Positions 27,347-37,158 of a stretch of 64,000 nt of DNA are shown here, in pieces. The notes beneath the pieces were generated by a model. That model saw only the letters and a program-made list of their open reading frames with translations. It searched no databases and had not been told where the DNA came from. Source of the stretch: Candidatus Iainarchaeum sp. GTDB lineage: Archaea > Iainarchaeota > Iainarchaeia > Iainarchaeales > JAAZKV01. Made by a program: the position numbers and the translations under genes. The stretch covers positions 1 through 64,000 of the forward strand of contig JAPLVR010000004.1 of the NCBI GenBank assembly GCA_026397015.1, read 5' to 3'. Numbering within the stretch: the first letter of the stretch is position 1; the number at the start of each line of letters is the position of its first letter.

Positions 27347-28774
27347 ATGAAGGTACCGTTGCTTCCGCTTGAGGAAAGAAAAACAACTTTTAATGAAGTT
27401 GAAATAGGTTACAATGAAGCGCAGGCGCTCGAAGAAGCATCAAGATGCTTGCAATGCAAAAAACCTTCCTGCGTTGAAGGGTGCCCGGCAAGAGTGAATA
27501 TTCCGGGGTTCATAAGAGAATTCAGGGAAGGAAGAATGGGCGATTCGGCCAAAATAATAAGAGAAAGAAATTTTTTCCCGAGCATTTGCGGGAGGATATG
27601 CCAGCACGAAAAGCAGTGCGAGGCAGCGTGCGTTCTGGCAAAAAAAGATGGCCCCGTTTGCATAGGCGGGATTGAGCGATACATAGGAGACAACGCGCCG
27701 AAACCGAAACACAAAAAGGCGAACGGAAAAAGAGTTGCAATAATAGGTTCCGGGCCGAGCGGTCTTACCGCCGCCGCACATGTAGCGCTCGCAGGATTGA
27801 ACGCAACTGTTTTCGAAAGCACCCACGCGATGGGCGGAATAATAAAATACGGCGTTCCCGAATTCAGGCTGCCGAAAGTGGTTGTTACAAGCGAATTAAA
27901 ATATTTGCAGGAACTCGGCGTCGACTTTGAGCCAAATTCAAAAATCAGCGAAAAATCTTTGGAAGAAATTTCAAAAAAATATGATGCAATATTCATCGGA
28001 ACGGGGGTAGGAAAATCGAGGGAGTTAAAAGTTCCGGGTTCGGATTTAAAAGGAATCTTTTCAGCAATGAAATTTTTGGTTAATTTGAACCAGAGCGAAA
28101 TCGCGCCCGTAAAAAAGGGAGACAAAATTGTCGTGGTTGGTGCGGGCTATGTTGGAATTGATGCTGCAAGAAGCGCAATCAGAATCGGCGGGGAGGTAAC
28201 GTGCATCACAAAGGAATCAAAAGAAGAATCAATTGGAAGGGTTGCGGAAAAAGATTATATTGAAGCTGGGGAAGAAGGGGTAAAATTTATTTTTGGGGCA
28301 GGGATATTAAGGTTTGAGGGTGCAAATGGAAGTGGCGGCGGAAATGGGGGCGGCAGTGGAAATAGCGGCGGAAACGGAAACACAGAAGGGAGAGCAGTGA
28401 AAAAAGTTTGGTATTCGACCGGGCAGGGGGAATGTGCGCTTGATGCGAATTTAGTTATTGTCGCAGTTGGCCAGGAGCACGATACGGATTCATTTAAGCA
28501 ATCATTAAGAACGCGCGCCGATGGCTGCATAAAGGTAAATGAAACTTATCAAACGGCAATCCCGAATGTTTTTGCCGCGGGTGACTGCATTCACGGGCCG
28601 AAAACAGTAATAGAAGCCGTTGCAACAGGAACGGGCGCGGCGAAAGCGATAATCGAATATTTGGAGAAAAATCCAAAAAATAAAGAAGAGAAGCGGACAG
28701 AGGAACAGAAAAAGAAGTTTGATGAAATAGCGAGAACGATTCAAGAAATAGACCAGTCGAATGCGGACATATGA
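27347..28774 (+). CDS. GltD/SudA/NfnB-like NAD(P)-dependent Fe-S flavoprotein oxidoreductase
   Basis: RCLQCKKPSCVEGCP, CGRICQHEKQCEAAC, IIGSGPSG, YGVPEFRLPK, VVGAGYVG, FAAGD. Confidence 0.9.
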   Translation: MKVPLLPLEERKTTFNEVEIGYNEAQALEEASRCLQCKKPSCVEGCPARVNIPGFIREFREGRMGDSAKIIRERNFFPSICGRICQHEKQCEAACVLAKKDGPVCIGGIERYIGDNAPKPKHKKANGKRVAIIGSGPSGLTAAAHVALAGLNATVFESTHAMGGIIKYGVPEFRLPKVVVTSELKYLQELGVDFEPNSKISEKSLEEISKKYDAIFIGTGVGKSRELKVPGSDLKGIFSAMKFLVNLNQSEIAPVKKGDKIVVVGAGYVGIDAARSAIRIGGEVTCITKESKEESIGRVAEKDYIEAGEEGVKFIFGAGILRFEGANGSGGGNGGGSGNSGGNGNTEGRAVKKVWYSTGQGECALDANLVIVAVGQEHDTDSFKQSLRTRADGCIKVNETYQTAIPNVFAAGDCIHGPKTVIEAVATGTGAAKAIIEYLEKNPKNKEEKRTEEQKKKFDEIARTIQEIDQSNADI

Positions 28775-28880
28775 TCTATAAATAAGTTAAGGGTTTTGCA
28801 TTTTGTAATTTAAAAGTTAAAATTTTTATAATTTGATTTATAATTTAAAATTTTTGCACGAAAATTTTGAAATGATTTTT

Positions 28881-30167
28881 ATGAACAAGGAAAAGTTCAG
28901 GGAATTTTACAAGAAAAGCGTTGCGGAAAGGCAGCAAATAGTTACGGAAGAATTTTCGCTTTCGCCTGAAGAAAAAGCGCTGCTTCAAAAAGAAGGTTCA
29001 CTTTCACTTGAAATCGCAAACAGAATGATAGAGAATGTTGTCGGAACTTTTCCCTTCCCCTACGGAGTTGCAACCAATTTTGTAATTGACGGAAAAGAAA
29101 TAATTATTCCTTTTGCGATTGAAGAGCCGAGCGTTGTCGCCGCGGCAAGCAACGCCGCAAGGCTCTCTTCAGGCTTTGAAACTTCCGCGGACGAGCCGAT
29201 AATGATCGGGCAGATACAAATAGTGAAATGCAAAAACCCGAATGCGGCTGTAAAAAAAATACTTGCAAAAAAGAAGGAACTTCTCGAAATCGCACGAGGC
29301 GCAGATGTAACGCTCCTCAACTCAGGCGGCGGACCGAGAAAATTGTTGGGCGTTGTTTTGCCGACCGAAAGGGGAAAAATGGTTGCGCTACAACTGCTCG
29401 TTGATGTAAGAGATGCGATGGGGGCAAATGCGGTTAACACAATGCTTGAAAAGATGGCTCCGCGAATTGAAGAAATTTCCGGCGGACAGGTAAGATTGAG
29501 AATAATTTCAAACCTCGCGCTCCACAGGAAGGCGAGAGCAAAAGCAGTTTGGGCAAAAAAAATGCTCGAAGAAAGCACGAAAGGGCAGATGAAAGGGGAA
29601 GAAGTTGTTGAAGCGATTCTTGACGCGCATGAGTTCGCGAAGGCGAGCCAGCTGAGGGCAACGACCAGCAACAAGGGAATAATGAATGGCATAGATGCGG
29701 TTGTAATTGCGACGGGAAATGATTTCAGGGCAATTGAATCCGGCGCGCATTCTTTTGCCGCATACAAAAAAGAATACGGTCCGCTCACAAAATTTTATAA
29801 AAACAAAAACGGGGACTTGGTCGGCGAAATAGAATTGCCTATCGCAACAGGATTGATCGGCGGCGCAACAAAAACGCATCCAATGGCTCAGCTTTCGCTC
29901 AAAATTTTGGGCGTGAAAACGGCGCAAGAGCTGGCGCGCATCATTGCGGCAGTTGGATTGGCGCAAAACTTTGCCGCGCTCAGAGCGCTTGCAACGGAAG
30001 GAATCCAGCGCGGGCACATGCGATTGCACTCAAAAAATGTTGCAATAATGGCCGGGGCGAAAGGAAAAGAAATTGAAGTTGTTTCTGAGAAAATGGTTGA
30101 AGCAAAGGAAGTTAATTCGGCGAAAGCAAGTCAAATACTTAAAGAATTGAGGGAAAGAAAAAAGTAG
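28881..30167 (+). CDS. mvaA: Class II HMG-CoA reductase
   Basis: ENVVG, EEPSVVAA, DAMGAN, NKGIMNGIDAVVIATGNDFRA, EGIQRGHMRLH. Confidence 0.95.
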   Translation: MNKEKFREFYKKSVAERQQIVTEEFSLSPEEKALLQKEGSLSLEIANRMIENVVGTFPFPYGVATNFVIDGKEIIIPFAIEEPSVVAAASNAARLSSGFETSADEPIMIGQIQIVKCKNPNAAVKKILAKKKELLEIARGADVTLLNSGGGPRKLLGVVLPTERGKMVALQLLVDVRDAMGANAVNTMLEKMAPRIEEISGGQVRLRIISNLALHRKARAKAVWAKKMLEESTKGQMKGEEVVEAILDAHEFAKASQLRATTSNKGIMNGIDAVVIATGNDFRAIESGAHSFAAYKKEYGPLTKFYKNKNGDLVGEIELPIATGLIGGATKTHPMAQLSLKILGVKTAQELARIIAAVGLAQNFAALRALATEGIQRGHMRLHSKNVAIMAGAKGKEIEVVSEKMVEAKEVNSAKASQILKELRERKK

Positions 30168-30280
30168 TTAAAAAATTAAGGAAAGGGAAAAAGTAATTTA
30201 ATTGTTGAAAATTGAAGAGGAGAAAATTAATTGCAAAAGTAATTAAATATTTGCAGATTAAGTTTGTTAAAGGTTTTTTT

Positions 30281-31321
30281 ATGGCGGGAATAGTTGGTTG
30301 GGGTTCGTACATTCCGAAGTACAGAATAACTGTTGAAGAAATCGCGGCGGTTCAGGGGCAGAACCTGAAAGCGATAATCGACGGCTTGGGGCTTACGGAG
30401 AAAAGCGTTCCAGGGAAAGACGAAGATGCGGCAACAATTGCCGTTCATGCGTCGCGCGACGCGTTGAAACGCGCAGGAATAAACCCAAAAGAAATAGGGG
30501 CGGTTTATGTCGGCTCGGAAAGCCACCCTTATGCCGTTAAGCCGACAGCGTCAATTGTGGGCGAAGCACTTGACATTGGAAACGAATACACTGCGCTTGA
30601 CACAGAATTCGCATGCAAGGCGGGAAGCGGCACAATACAAATCAACGCCGGAATGGTTGATTCGGGAATGATAAAATACGGATTAGGCGTTGGCGCGGAT
30701 ACTTCACAAGCGGAACCGGGAAATGCTTTGGAATACTCGGCGGCAGCAGGCGGAGCGGCTTTCATAATCGGGCCGAAAAATGGTTCAGTGGCAACGCTCG
30801 ATTTTACGGCTTCTTTCACTTCGGACACGCCCGATTTTTGGAGAAGGGCATTACAACCCTATCCGGCGCACGCAGGCAGATTTACCGGAGAACCGGCTTA
30901 CTTCAAACACGTTCTTGGCGCAACAAATCTTATCCTAAAAAAGAGCGGAGCAAAGATTTCTGATTTTGACCATATAGTTTTGCACATGCCGAACGCAAAA
31001 TTTCCTGAACGCGCGGCAAAGATTTTGGGCGCAACGCCAAAGCAGATAGAAGTAGGTCTCGTGGTAAAAAAAATAGGCAACACATATTCTGGAAGCTCGT
31101 TGTTGGGATTAGCAGCGGTGCTTGATGTTGCAAAACCCGAGCAAAAAATATTGGTGACAAGCTACGGTTCGGGTGCAGGAAGCGACTCATTCATTTTCAC
31201 AACGACAAACAAGATTTTGCTGGTACAGAAAGAAGCGAGAAAAGTGAGCGAATACATTGCGAGAAAAGAATATTTGGGTTACGCACAATATTTGAAGCAC
31301 ATGGAGGAAATCCACAAGTAA
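30281..31321 (+). CDS. Archaeal-type HMG-CoA synthase
   Basis: DEDAAT, GSESHPYAVKP, EFACKAG, DTPDFWRR, RFTGEPAYFKH, HMPN, GNTYSG. Confidence 0.95.
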   Translation: MAGIVGWGSYIPKYRITVEEIAAVQGQNLKAIIDGLGLTEKSVPGKDEDAATIAVHASRDALKRAGINPKEIGAVYVGSESHPYAVKPTASIVGEALDIGNEYTALDTEFACKAGSGTIQINAGMVDSGMIKYGLGVGADTSQAEPGNALEYSAAAGGAAFIIGPKNGSVATLDFTASFTSDTPDFWRRALQPYPAHAGRFTGEPAYFKHVLGATNLILKKSGAKISDFDHIVLHMPNAKFPERAAKILGATPKQIEVGLVVKKIGNTYSGSSLLGLAAVLDVAKPEQKILVTSYGSGAGSDSFIFTTTNKILLVQKEARKVSEYIARKEYLGYAQYLKHMEEIHK

Positions 31322-31330
31322 GTGATTTTT

Positions 31331-31636
31331 ATGGACTTTAAGAAATTCCTTAGGCCTACAAAGAATAAAATTCTTCTTTCTTTGGCGCTACCAATAATTT
31401 TTGCAATTATCGACTTTTTTACAATATGCATGTGTGACAACAGTCTTTTTGGCGTGTGTAATCCAGAAAATAATTATGCCTTTTTATTGCTGAATCCAAG
31501 TTGTCATTGTTGGTGTGCCACGTTTTTCAATGTCATACAGTATTATTCATTTTACATTATTTTGTTCTCAATTGTTTATGCATTAATTTCAGTCGTAAAT
31601 TTTTCAAAAACTAAAGGCCAAAGTGATAAAAAATGA
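31331..31636 (+). CDS. Small Cys-containing membrane protein
   Basis: FLRPTKNKILL plus two TM helices. Overlaps the thiolase start. Confidence 0.6.
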   Translation: MDFKKFLRPTKNKILLSLALPIIFAIIDFFTICMCDNSLFGVCNPENNYAFLLLNPSCHCWCATFFNVIQYYSFYIILFSIVYALISVVNFSKTKGQSDKK

Positions 31637-32787
31637 AAGTAGGCGTTTTGGGAATAGGAATTACGAAATTCGGCGAGCGCTGGGACCAGGGCCTGCGCGA
31701 ATTGCTGCTTGATGCACAACTGCGCGCGCTCAACGATGCGAAAATTGATGCGAAACAAATTGACACGCTTTTCACGGGAAACATGTGCGGCGATTCGCTT
31801 TCAGGGCAACTGCACATCGGGGCGATGGCTGCGGAAAATCTGAATCTTGACAAGCCGAGCATTCGAGTTGAGGGAGCATGCGCTTCAGGTTCGCTTGCAT
31901 TGAGACAGGGGGTTCACGCAATCACTTCAGGCGAAGCAAGAGTTGCGATGGTTTCGGGCGTAGAAAAAATGACCGACGTTTCAACAGAACAAGTTACAAC
32001 TGCATTGATGGGCGCGGGGGACGAAGAATTAGAAGGATTTAACGGACTGACTTTTCCCGGGCTTTACGCTCTGCTTGCGAACGCTTACATGCACAAATAC
32101 AAATTGAAAAGAGAAACGCTCGCAAAGGTTTCAGTGAAAAGCCACTTCCACGGCGCGCGAAATCCATACGCACAGTACCAAAACGAAATTACAGTTGACA
32201 CGGTGATTAATTCGCCGATGGTGGCGGACCCGCTCACATTGTTTGATTGTTCTCCGATAACAGACGGCGCAGCATCGGTGATTCTTGTTTCGGAAGAAAT
32301 CGCAAAAAAAGCAGGGGTGGAAGTTTACATTACAGGCTCGGGATTGGCGAACGATTCACTTTCATTGGCACGCAGAAAATCGCTCACGAGGATTGACGCT
32401 TCATTTGTTGCAAGAGAAAAGGCTTTCAATCAGGCGGGAATAACCCCAAAAGAAGTTGATTTTGCGGAAGTGCACGATTGCTTTTCAATCGCGGAAATTT
32501 TGGCGGTTGAAGGATTGGGTTTGGCAAAAGAAGGAGAAGCGGGAAAACTTTACGATTCAAAGCAGACTTACTTCGACGGAGATATGCCGATAAACACTTC
32601 GGGCGGATTAAAAGCATGCGGTCATCCTATCGGCGCAACAGGTGTGAAGCAGGCTGTTGAAGCAGTTCAACAATTGAGAGGCGAAGCGAAGGAAAGGCAA
32701 GTAAAAGGAGCGGGGATAGGGGTTACGCACAATGTCGGCGGAAGCGGTGCGACTGTTTGTGTTCATGTTTTCAAAAAGGTGAAATAA
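31633..32787 (+). CDS. Archaeal acetoacetyl-CoA thiolase
   Basis: EGACASG, CSPITDGAA, EVHDCF, GHPIGATG, HNVGG. Confidence 0.95.
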   Translation: MKVGVLGIGITKFGERWDQGLRELLLDAQLRALNDAKIDAKQIDTLFTGNMCGDSLSGQLHIGAMAAENLNLDKPSIRVEGACASGSLALRQGVHAITSGEARVAMVSGVEKMTDVSTEQVTTALMGAGDEELEGFNGLTFPGLYALLANAYMHKYKLKRETLAKVSVKSHFHGARNPYAQYQNEITVDTVINSPMVADPLTLFDCSPITDGAASVILVSEEIAKKAGVEVYITGSGLANDSLSLARRKSLTRIDASFVAREKAFNQAGITPKEVDFAEVHDCFSIAEILAVEGLGLAKEGEAGKLYDSKQTYFDGDMPINTSGGLKACGHPIGATGVKQAVEAVQQLRGEAKERQVKGAGIGVTHNVGGSGATVCVHVFKKVK

Positions 32788-32789
32788 AA

Positions 32790-33188
32790 ATGTTCAGAGA
32801 AAGCCCAATATTGAGATGGCGCGGATACAATGACAGGTACAAGCTGAAGGGATACAAATGCAGGGTGTGCAAAAAAGTTTACTTTGAAAAGAAAGGGTTG
32901 TGCCCGTGCGGCAGCATTGAATTTGATGAAATTGAACTTTCAGGAAAAGGAAAAATAGCTGCGTTCACGCAAATTCACGGAGCGCCAGAAGCATTCGAAT
33001 CAAAGGCGCCTTATTGTGTCGCAGTAATCGATTTGGCGGAGGGGGCGAGGATTGAGGCGCAAGTAGTTGACTGCAAATACTCAGATTTGAAAATCGGAAC
33101 GGATGTTGAAGCGGTTTTCAGGAAATTCTATTCAAGCGGAGAGAAGGGAGCAATACATTACGGAACGAAGTTTGTGCCGAAGTTTTAG
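32790..33188 (+). CDS. DUF35 Zn-ribbon/OB-fold thiolase-HMGS scaffold protein
   Basis: CRVC...CPCG Zn ribbon, PYCVAVIDLAEG, IHYGTKFVP. Directly follows thiolase. Confidence 0.9.
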   Translation: MFRESPILRWRGYNDRYKLKGYKCRVCKKVYFEKKGLCPCGSIEFDEIELSGKGKIAAFTQIHGAPEAFESKAPYCVAVIDLAEGARIEAQVVDCKYSDLKIGTDVEAVFRKFYSSGEKGAIHYGTKFVPKF

Positions 33189-33204
33189 TTTTTGAGGTGC
33201 TAAT

Positions 33205-33639
33205 TTGGAAAAATACAATACTGCCTTTTTTACTTTGTACACAAATTTGTTCAAAATTTTAAAGGAAGAATTCGGAGAAGAAAAAGCCTTGGAGGTTTTT
33301 ACACAAATAATGGAACGCGGCTTAAAGTCCGCGTATGACTCAATGGGATTTGAAAAAGGAAGCACAAAAGACTTTGCAAAAGTTTTGAAAGCCCGGGATG
33401 AAAGCGTCGGGCTAAAAGTAAGCTTTCCAATGGTAACAAAAAACAAAGTGGTTTATCGGTTCCACACAAATGCTTTTCCAAACCTTAAAGGGGAAGTGAG
33501 TCCGGAAAAGCTCGATGCAACCTTTATGCGTTTTAAGGTAAATTACTTGCTTGGAGATGACTGGGGATACAAAACAACAAATCACATCTGGCGCGGTGGC
33601 AGGTTCACCGACCATATCATAGAAAGACGCAAAAAATGA
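33205..33639 (+). CDS. ATC-hydrolase/V4R-like hypothetical protein
   Basis: LFKILKEEFGEEKALE N-terminal helix pattern, gaggtg RBS. Confidence 0.55.
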   Translation: MEKYNTAFFTLYTNLFKILKEEFGEEKALEVFTQIMERGLKSAYDSMGFEKGSTKDFAKVLKARDESVGLKVSFPMVTKNKVVYRFHTNAFPNLKGEVSPEKLDATFMRFKVNYLLGDDWGYKTTNHIWRGGRFTDHIIERRKK

Positions 33640-33742
33640 ATTAAAAAGTGTTCCAAAATTTTAGTGCCATGGAAATTTAGAATTTAGAGAATTTCAAATC
33701 TGAACAGAAAGAAATAAATACGCGCAGTGCGCAATCCTTATT

Positions 33743-35077
33743 ATGAGGATTAATGCCAGAACAAGGGCAAAATTTCGCGGCGCGGTTGTTGGCGCACTGG
33801 GTGCTCGAACAAAAAAGCCTCTTTCTCGTGAAACTCCTAAATCAATTCAACAAATTTTTCACCCCCATTCAAGGGGCGGCCCGATGGCAGCATATCCTCA
33901 ATATCAGATGTTTCATGAATTATCCAAACTTCCGGCTGAGAGAGTATTTAGATTTGTAAAAATGGATCAAATTAAAGCAGAGGTTCTAAAACAACCAGGG
34001 GTTGCGAAGCTTGTTGCAAAAAATCCTGAATTAGCTAAGGAGTTGGAGCAGGCAGTAAAAGCAGCGGTAAGAGAAAGAGGAATAAAAGGCGGCAAATTTT
34101 GGATAAAAGCTCCAAAGAATTATATTGATAAAATTGTGCGTTCAGGCAAGGGAAAACCAAACGCAATGAATGACAAAACAGGAGAAATAATTGCGTCAAT
34201 ATTTGGCAAAGCAATAAAACCAAGAACTATTCTTGACATAGGCACCTTCTCAGGAGGCACTGTGAATGCGGTTGTGAACAAGCTCCCTATGGAACAAAGG
34301 CAATTATTGAATGTGGTGTTGGTTGATGTCGCAGGAAAAACAGTGCGCGAACATGCAATCCCGGCGCTGGTAGCGCTCGGGGTCCCAAGACAAAACATCA
34401 AACTTATTCCTGCAAGTTTTTACAGTGCGGCAGTTTCATTAGGCGAAATGAAGAGGCCATTGCACGAGTCAAAGCAAAAACTTTTTTTAAATCAATTTAA
34501 ACAACTTGTCGGCAATGTTGATGCGATAACAGCCGGGGCAGCAACAATAAATTTTGCGACCGATTTGAAACCCTATTTGAGAAGTATAAAATCACTGCTA
34601 AAGAAAGACGGGGTGTTTGTTAATTGGGATTGGGGGAGCGCAGAATCAATGCGGCCGACAGTAAGATCTGCAGCATTAAAAAAAGTGCCCATAGGTTTCT
34701 CTCCGGAAGGAAGGATGGTATCACATTACGACGCTTATGTTTCATTCATGAATTTTTGGCTGACAAATGCTTTCGGGTACCCGGAAACAGTAATTAACAA
34801 ATTTATTAAAGATGTAAATGTATCAAGAAAATTTAATTCATTCAAGTGGCTTGAAGAAAACACTGCATGGGCGGAGAATGAACGAAGAAAAATTGGTAAA
34901 AGAAAAGTTGCCGGTCCGCTGGCATTCCGAAACAGAGCTTATCGAACACCAAGCGCAATGTACCGTGCGGCGGTTGCACAAGGATTCGAAACAGAGCGCC
35001 CGGTATTTCCTCTTGCAAAACCGGGCGCCTTAGATACAGGCAATGTTAATTGGATGATAATAATGAAGAAAAAATGA
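33743..35077 (+). CDS. Basic class I SAM-dependent methyltransferase-like protein
   Basis: ILDIGTFSGG, VLVDV, LLKKDGVFVNWD. Long basic N-terminal extension. Confidence 0.75.
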   Translation: MRINARTRAKFRGAVVGALGARTKKPLSRETPKSIQQIFHPHSRGGPMAAYPQYQMFHELSKLPAERVFRFVKMDQIKAEVLKQPGVAKLVAKNPELAKELEQAVKAAVRERGIKGGKFWIKAPKNYIDKIVRSGKGKPNAMNDKTGEIIASIFGKAIKPRTILDIGTFSGGTVNAVVNKLPMEQRQLLNVVLVDVAGKTVREHAIPALVALGVPRQNIKLIPASFYSAAVSLGEMKRPLHESKQKLFLNQFKQLVGNVDAITAGAATINFATDLKPYLRSIKSLLKKDGVFVNWDWGSAESMRPTVRSAALKKVPIGFSPEGRMVSHYDAYVSFMNFWLTNAFGYPETVINKFIKDVNVSRKFNSFKWLEENTAWAENERRKIGKRKVAGPLAFRNRAYRTPSAMYRAAVAQGFETERPVFPLAKPGALDTGNVNWMIIMKKK

Positions 35078-35130
35078 ACATTTTTATTGGTTTAAATTCT
35101 TTTCTAAATACAGTTTTTACAGGCGGTTTG

Positions 35131-36063
35131 ATGGTTGGCAAAGGCAAAGGTTTTGGGAAAACAATTCTGTTCGGAGAGCACTTTGTTGTATACGGTTTAG
35201 AAGGAATTCCGTGCGCTTTGGGTCAAATAACTACTGCGGAAGTAGAAATAATTTCCAGCGGGAAAGGGTATGAATTAATTGATAACCGCCCGGCAACTCC
35301 CGGATACAAGGAAGAAAAAACCGGGGAATATGTTGCGCTAATTTCAAGAGTTTTAGATTATATGCAAGTCAAAGACAAATTACAAATTACGCTTGGAGGC
35401 GATTTGTATTGCGCATCAGGTGTTGGAGCAAGCGCGGCATGCGCGGCTGCAATAGCAAGGGCAATTAATGAAGAATACAAACTCGGCTGGAACGATGAAC
35501 AAATAAACAAAGCCGCTTTTGAAGGCGAAACGGCAGGAAGCGGAACGCCAAGCGGAATAGACAACACTGCGGCGGTTTACGGAGGATTTTTGTTATTTAA
35601 AAAAAATATAACCGGCGGAGCAAACAAAATAGGGGTAGTGAAAATAAAAAAGCCCGTTGAAATTGTTTTGGGCAATTCGGGAAAAACCGCGCTCACAAAA
35701 GAAGTTGTCGGCGATGTTAAAAAATTAAAGGATTCAAATCCAAGCGAAGTGCAAAAAATATTTGACGAATATGTTGCGCTGGAAGAAGAAGCGAAAAAAG
35801 CTTTGCAAAATTACGATTTAAAGAAACTCGGCGAACTGATGAACAAAAACCACGAGTTATTGCAAAAAATAACCGTTTCGTGCAAAGAACTTGACGAATT
35901 GGTTGAGGCCGCACGAAGCGCGGGAGCGCTTGGGGCAAAGTTAACCGGCACTGGGAGAGGCGGGATGATGATAGCGCTTACGCCCGGAAAAGAACTTCAG
36001 GAAAAAGTTGCAAAAGCAATTGAAGCGAAGGGATATGCTGCGACAAAAACAGTGATCGGATAG
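35131..36063 (+). CDS. mvk: Mevalonate kinase
   Basis: GKTILFGEHFVVYG, SGVGASAA, PSGIDN, GAKLTGTGRGG. Confidence 0.9.
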   Translation: MVGKGKGFGKTILFGEHFVVYGLEGIPCALGQITTAEVEIISSGKGYELIDNRPATPGYKEEKTGEYVALISRVLDYMQVKDKLQITLGGDLYCASGVGASAACAAAIARAINEEYKLGWNDEQINKAAFEGETAGSGTPSGIDNTAAVYGGFLLFKKNITGGANKIGVVKIKKPVEIVLGNSGKTALTKEVVGDVKKLKDSNPSEVQKIFDEYVALEEEAKKALQNYDLKKLGELMNKNHELLQKITVSCKELDELVEAARSAGALGAKLTGTGRGGMMIALTPGKELQEKVAKAIEAKGYAATKTVIG

Positions 36064-36094
36064 GGTTTGTGAAATTATTTTTAAAGGTGATTAA

Positions 36095-37093
36095 ATGAAA
36101 GTAACAGTAAAAGCAAATGCAAATATTGCACTAACAAAATACTGGGGGAAAAAGGACGCTGCGCTCAAAACACCCTGGAACAGCAGTACAAGCGTGACAT
36201 TAGAAGGGCTTGAAACTACGACCACCGTAGATTTTGACAAACAATACAAAAAGGACATCTTTATTTTAGACGGAAAAGAATGCGCCGAAGAAACCGATGA
36301 ATACAAAGAAGTAAAGGAGCAGTTGGATATTATAAGAAAAAAAGCAAAAATGAACTTGAAAGCAAAAGTTGTTTCAAAAAATGATTTTCCAACGGCAGCG
36401 GGATTTGCTTCGTCCGCTTCCGGCTTGGCAGCATTAACTTTTGGGGCGGCAAAAGCGGCAGGGCTAAATTTAAGTGTTGAAGAATTAAGTAAAATCTCCA
36501 GAATGGGATCGGGAAGCGCAAGCAGAAGCCTGATAGACGGATTTGCGATATGGCATAAAGGAGAAAGAGCCGACGGGGAAGATTCTTTCGCCGAGCAAAT
36601 CGCGCCAAAAGAATTCTGGCCGGAATTCAGGATACTCGGGTGTGTTATTTCAAAAAAAGCTAAAAAAATTAAAAGCAGGGCGGGAATGGCTCAAAGCGTA
36701 AAGACTTCGCCAATTTTCAAGCAATGGTACGAGCACGCTGAAATAGACGCGCAAAAAATGGTGGAACTAATTAAGAAAAAAGATTTTGTAGCGCTCGGAG
36801 AGCTGGCGCAGCACAACTGCATATTAATGCATGCATGCGCAATGACAACTTTGCCCCCGATAATTTATTGGGCGCCCGGGTCATTGGAAGTAATGCACAG
36901 AGTTCTTGAACTGCAGGACGAAGGGGTAAAATGTTATTTTACTCTCGACGGCGGGCCGCAGGTAAAAATAATTTGCCTCGAAAAAGACGTGCCTAAAATA
37001 AAAGAAGAAATCAAGAAATTGGAAGGCGTGCATGAAATAATTGAATGCAAACCTGGATTGGGGCCGAGAGAAGTAAAAGGGCATTTGTTCTAA
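36095..37093 (+). CDS. mvaD: Diphosphomevalonate decarboxylase
   Basis: ANIALTKYWGK, AGFASSASG, RMGSGSASRS, KSRAGM, TLDGGP. Confidence 0.9.
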   Translation: MKVTVKANANIALTKYWGKKDAALKTPWNSSTSVTLEGLETTTTVDFDKQYKKDIFILDGKECAEETDEYKEVKEQLDIIRKKAKMNLKAKVVSKNDFPTAAGFASSASGLAALTFGAAKAAGLNLSVEELSKISRMGSGSASRSLIDGFAIWHKGERADGEDSFAEQIAPKEFWPEFRILGCVISKKAKKIKSRAGMAQSVKTSPIFKQWYEHAEIDAQKMVELIKKKDFVALGELAQHNCILMHACAMTTLPPIIYWAPGSLEVMHRVLELQDEGVKCYFTLDGGPQVKIICLEKDVPKIKEEIKKLEGVHEIIECKPGLGPREVKGHLF

Positions 37094-37098
37094 AAAAG

Positions 37099-37145
37099 AT
37101 TGGGCGGGAAAAAACTTTGCCCAATTAATTAAATTTTTAATTTTT
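37099..37145 (+). terminator. Hairpin after mvaD
   Basis: attgggc...gcccaat stem followed by T-rich sequence. Confidence 0.45.
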
Positions 37146-37158
37146 CTCGGGTGGATTT

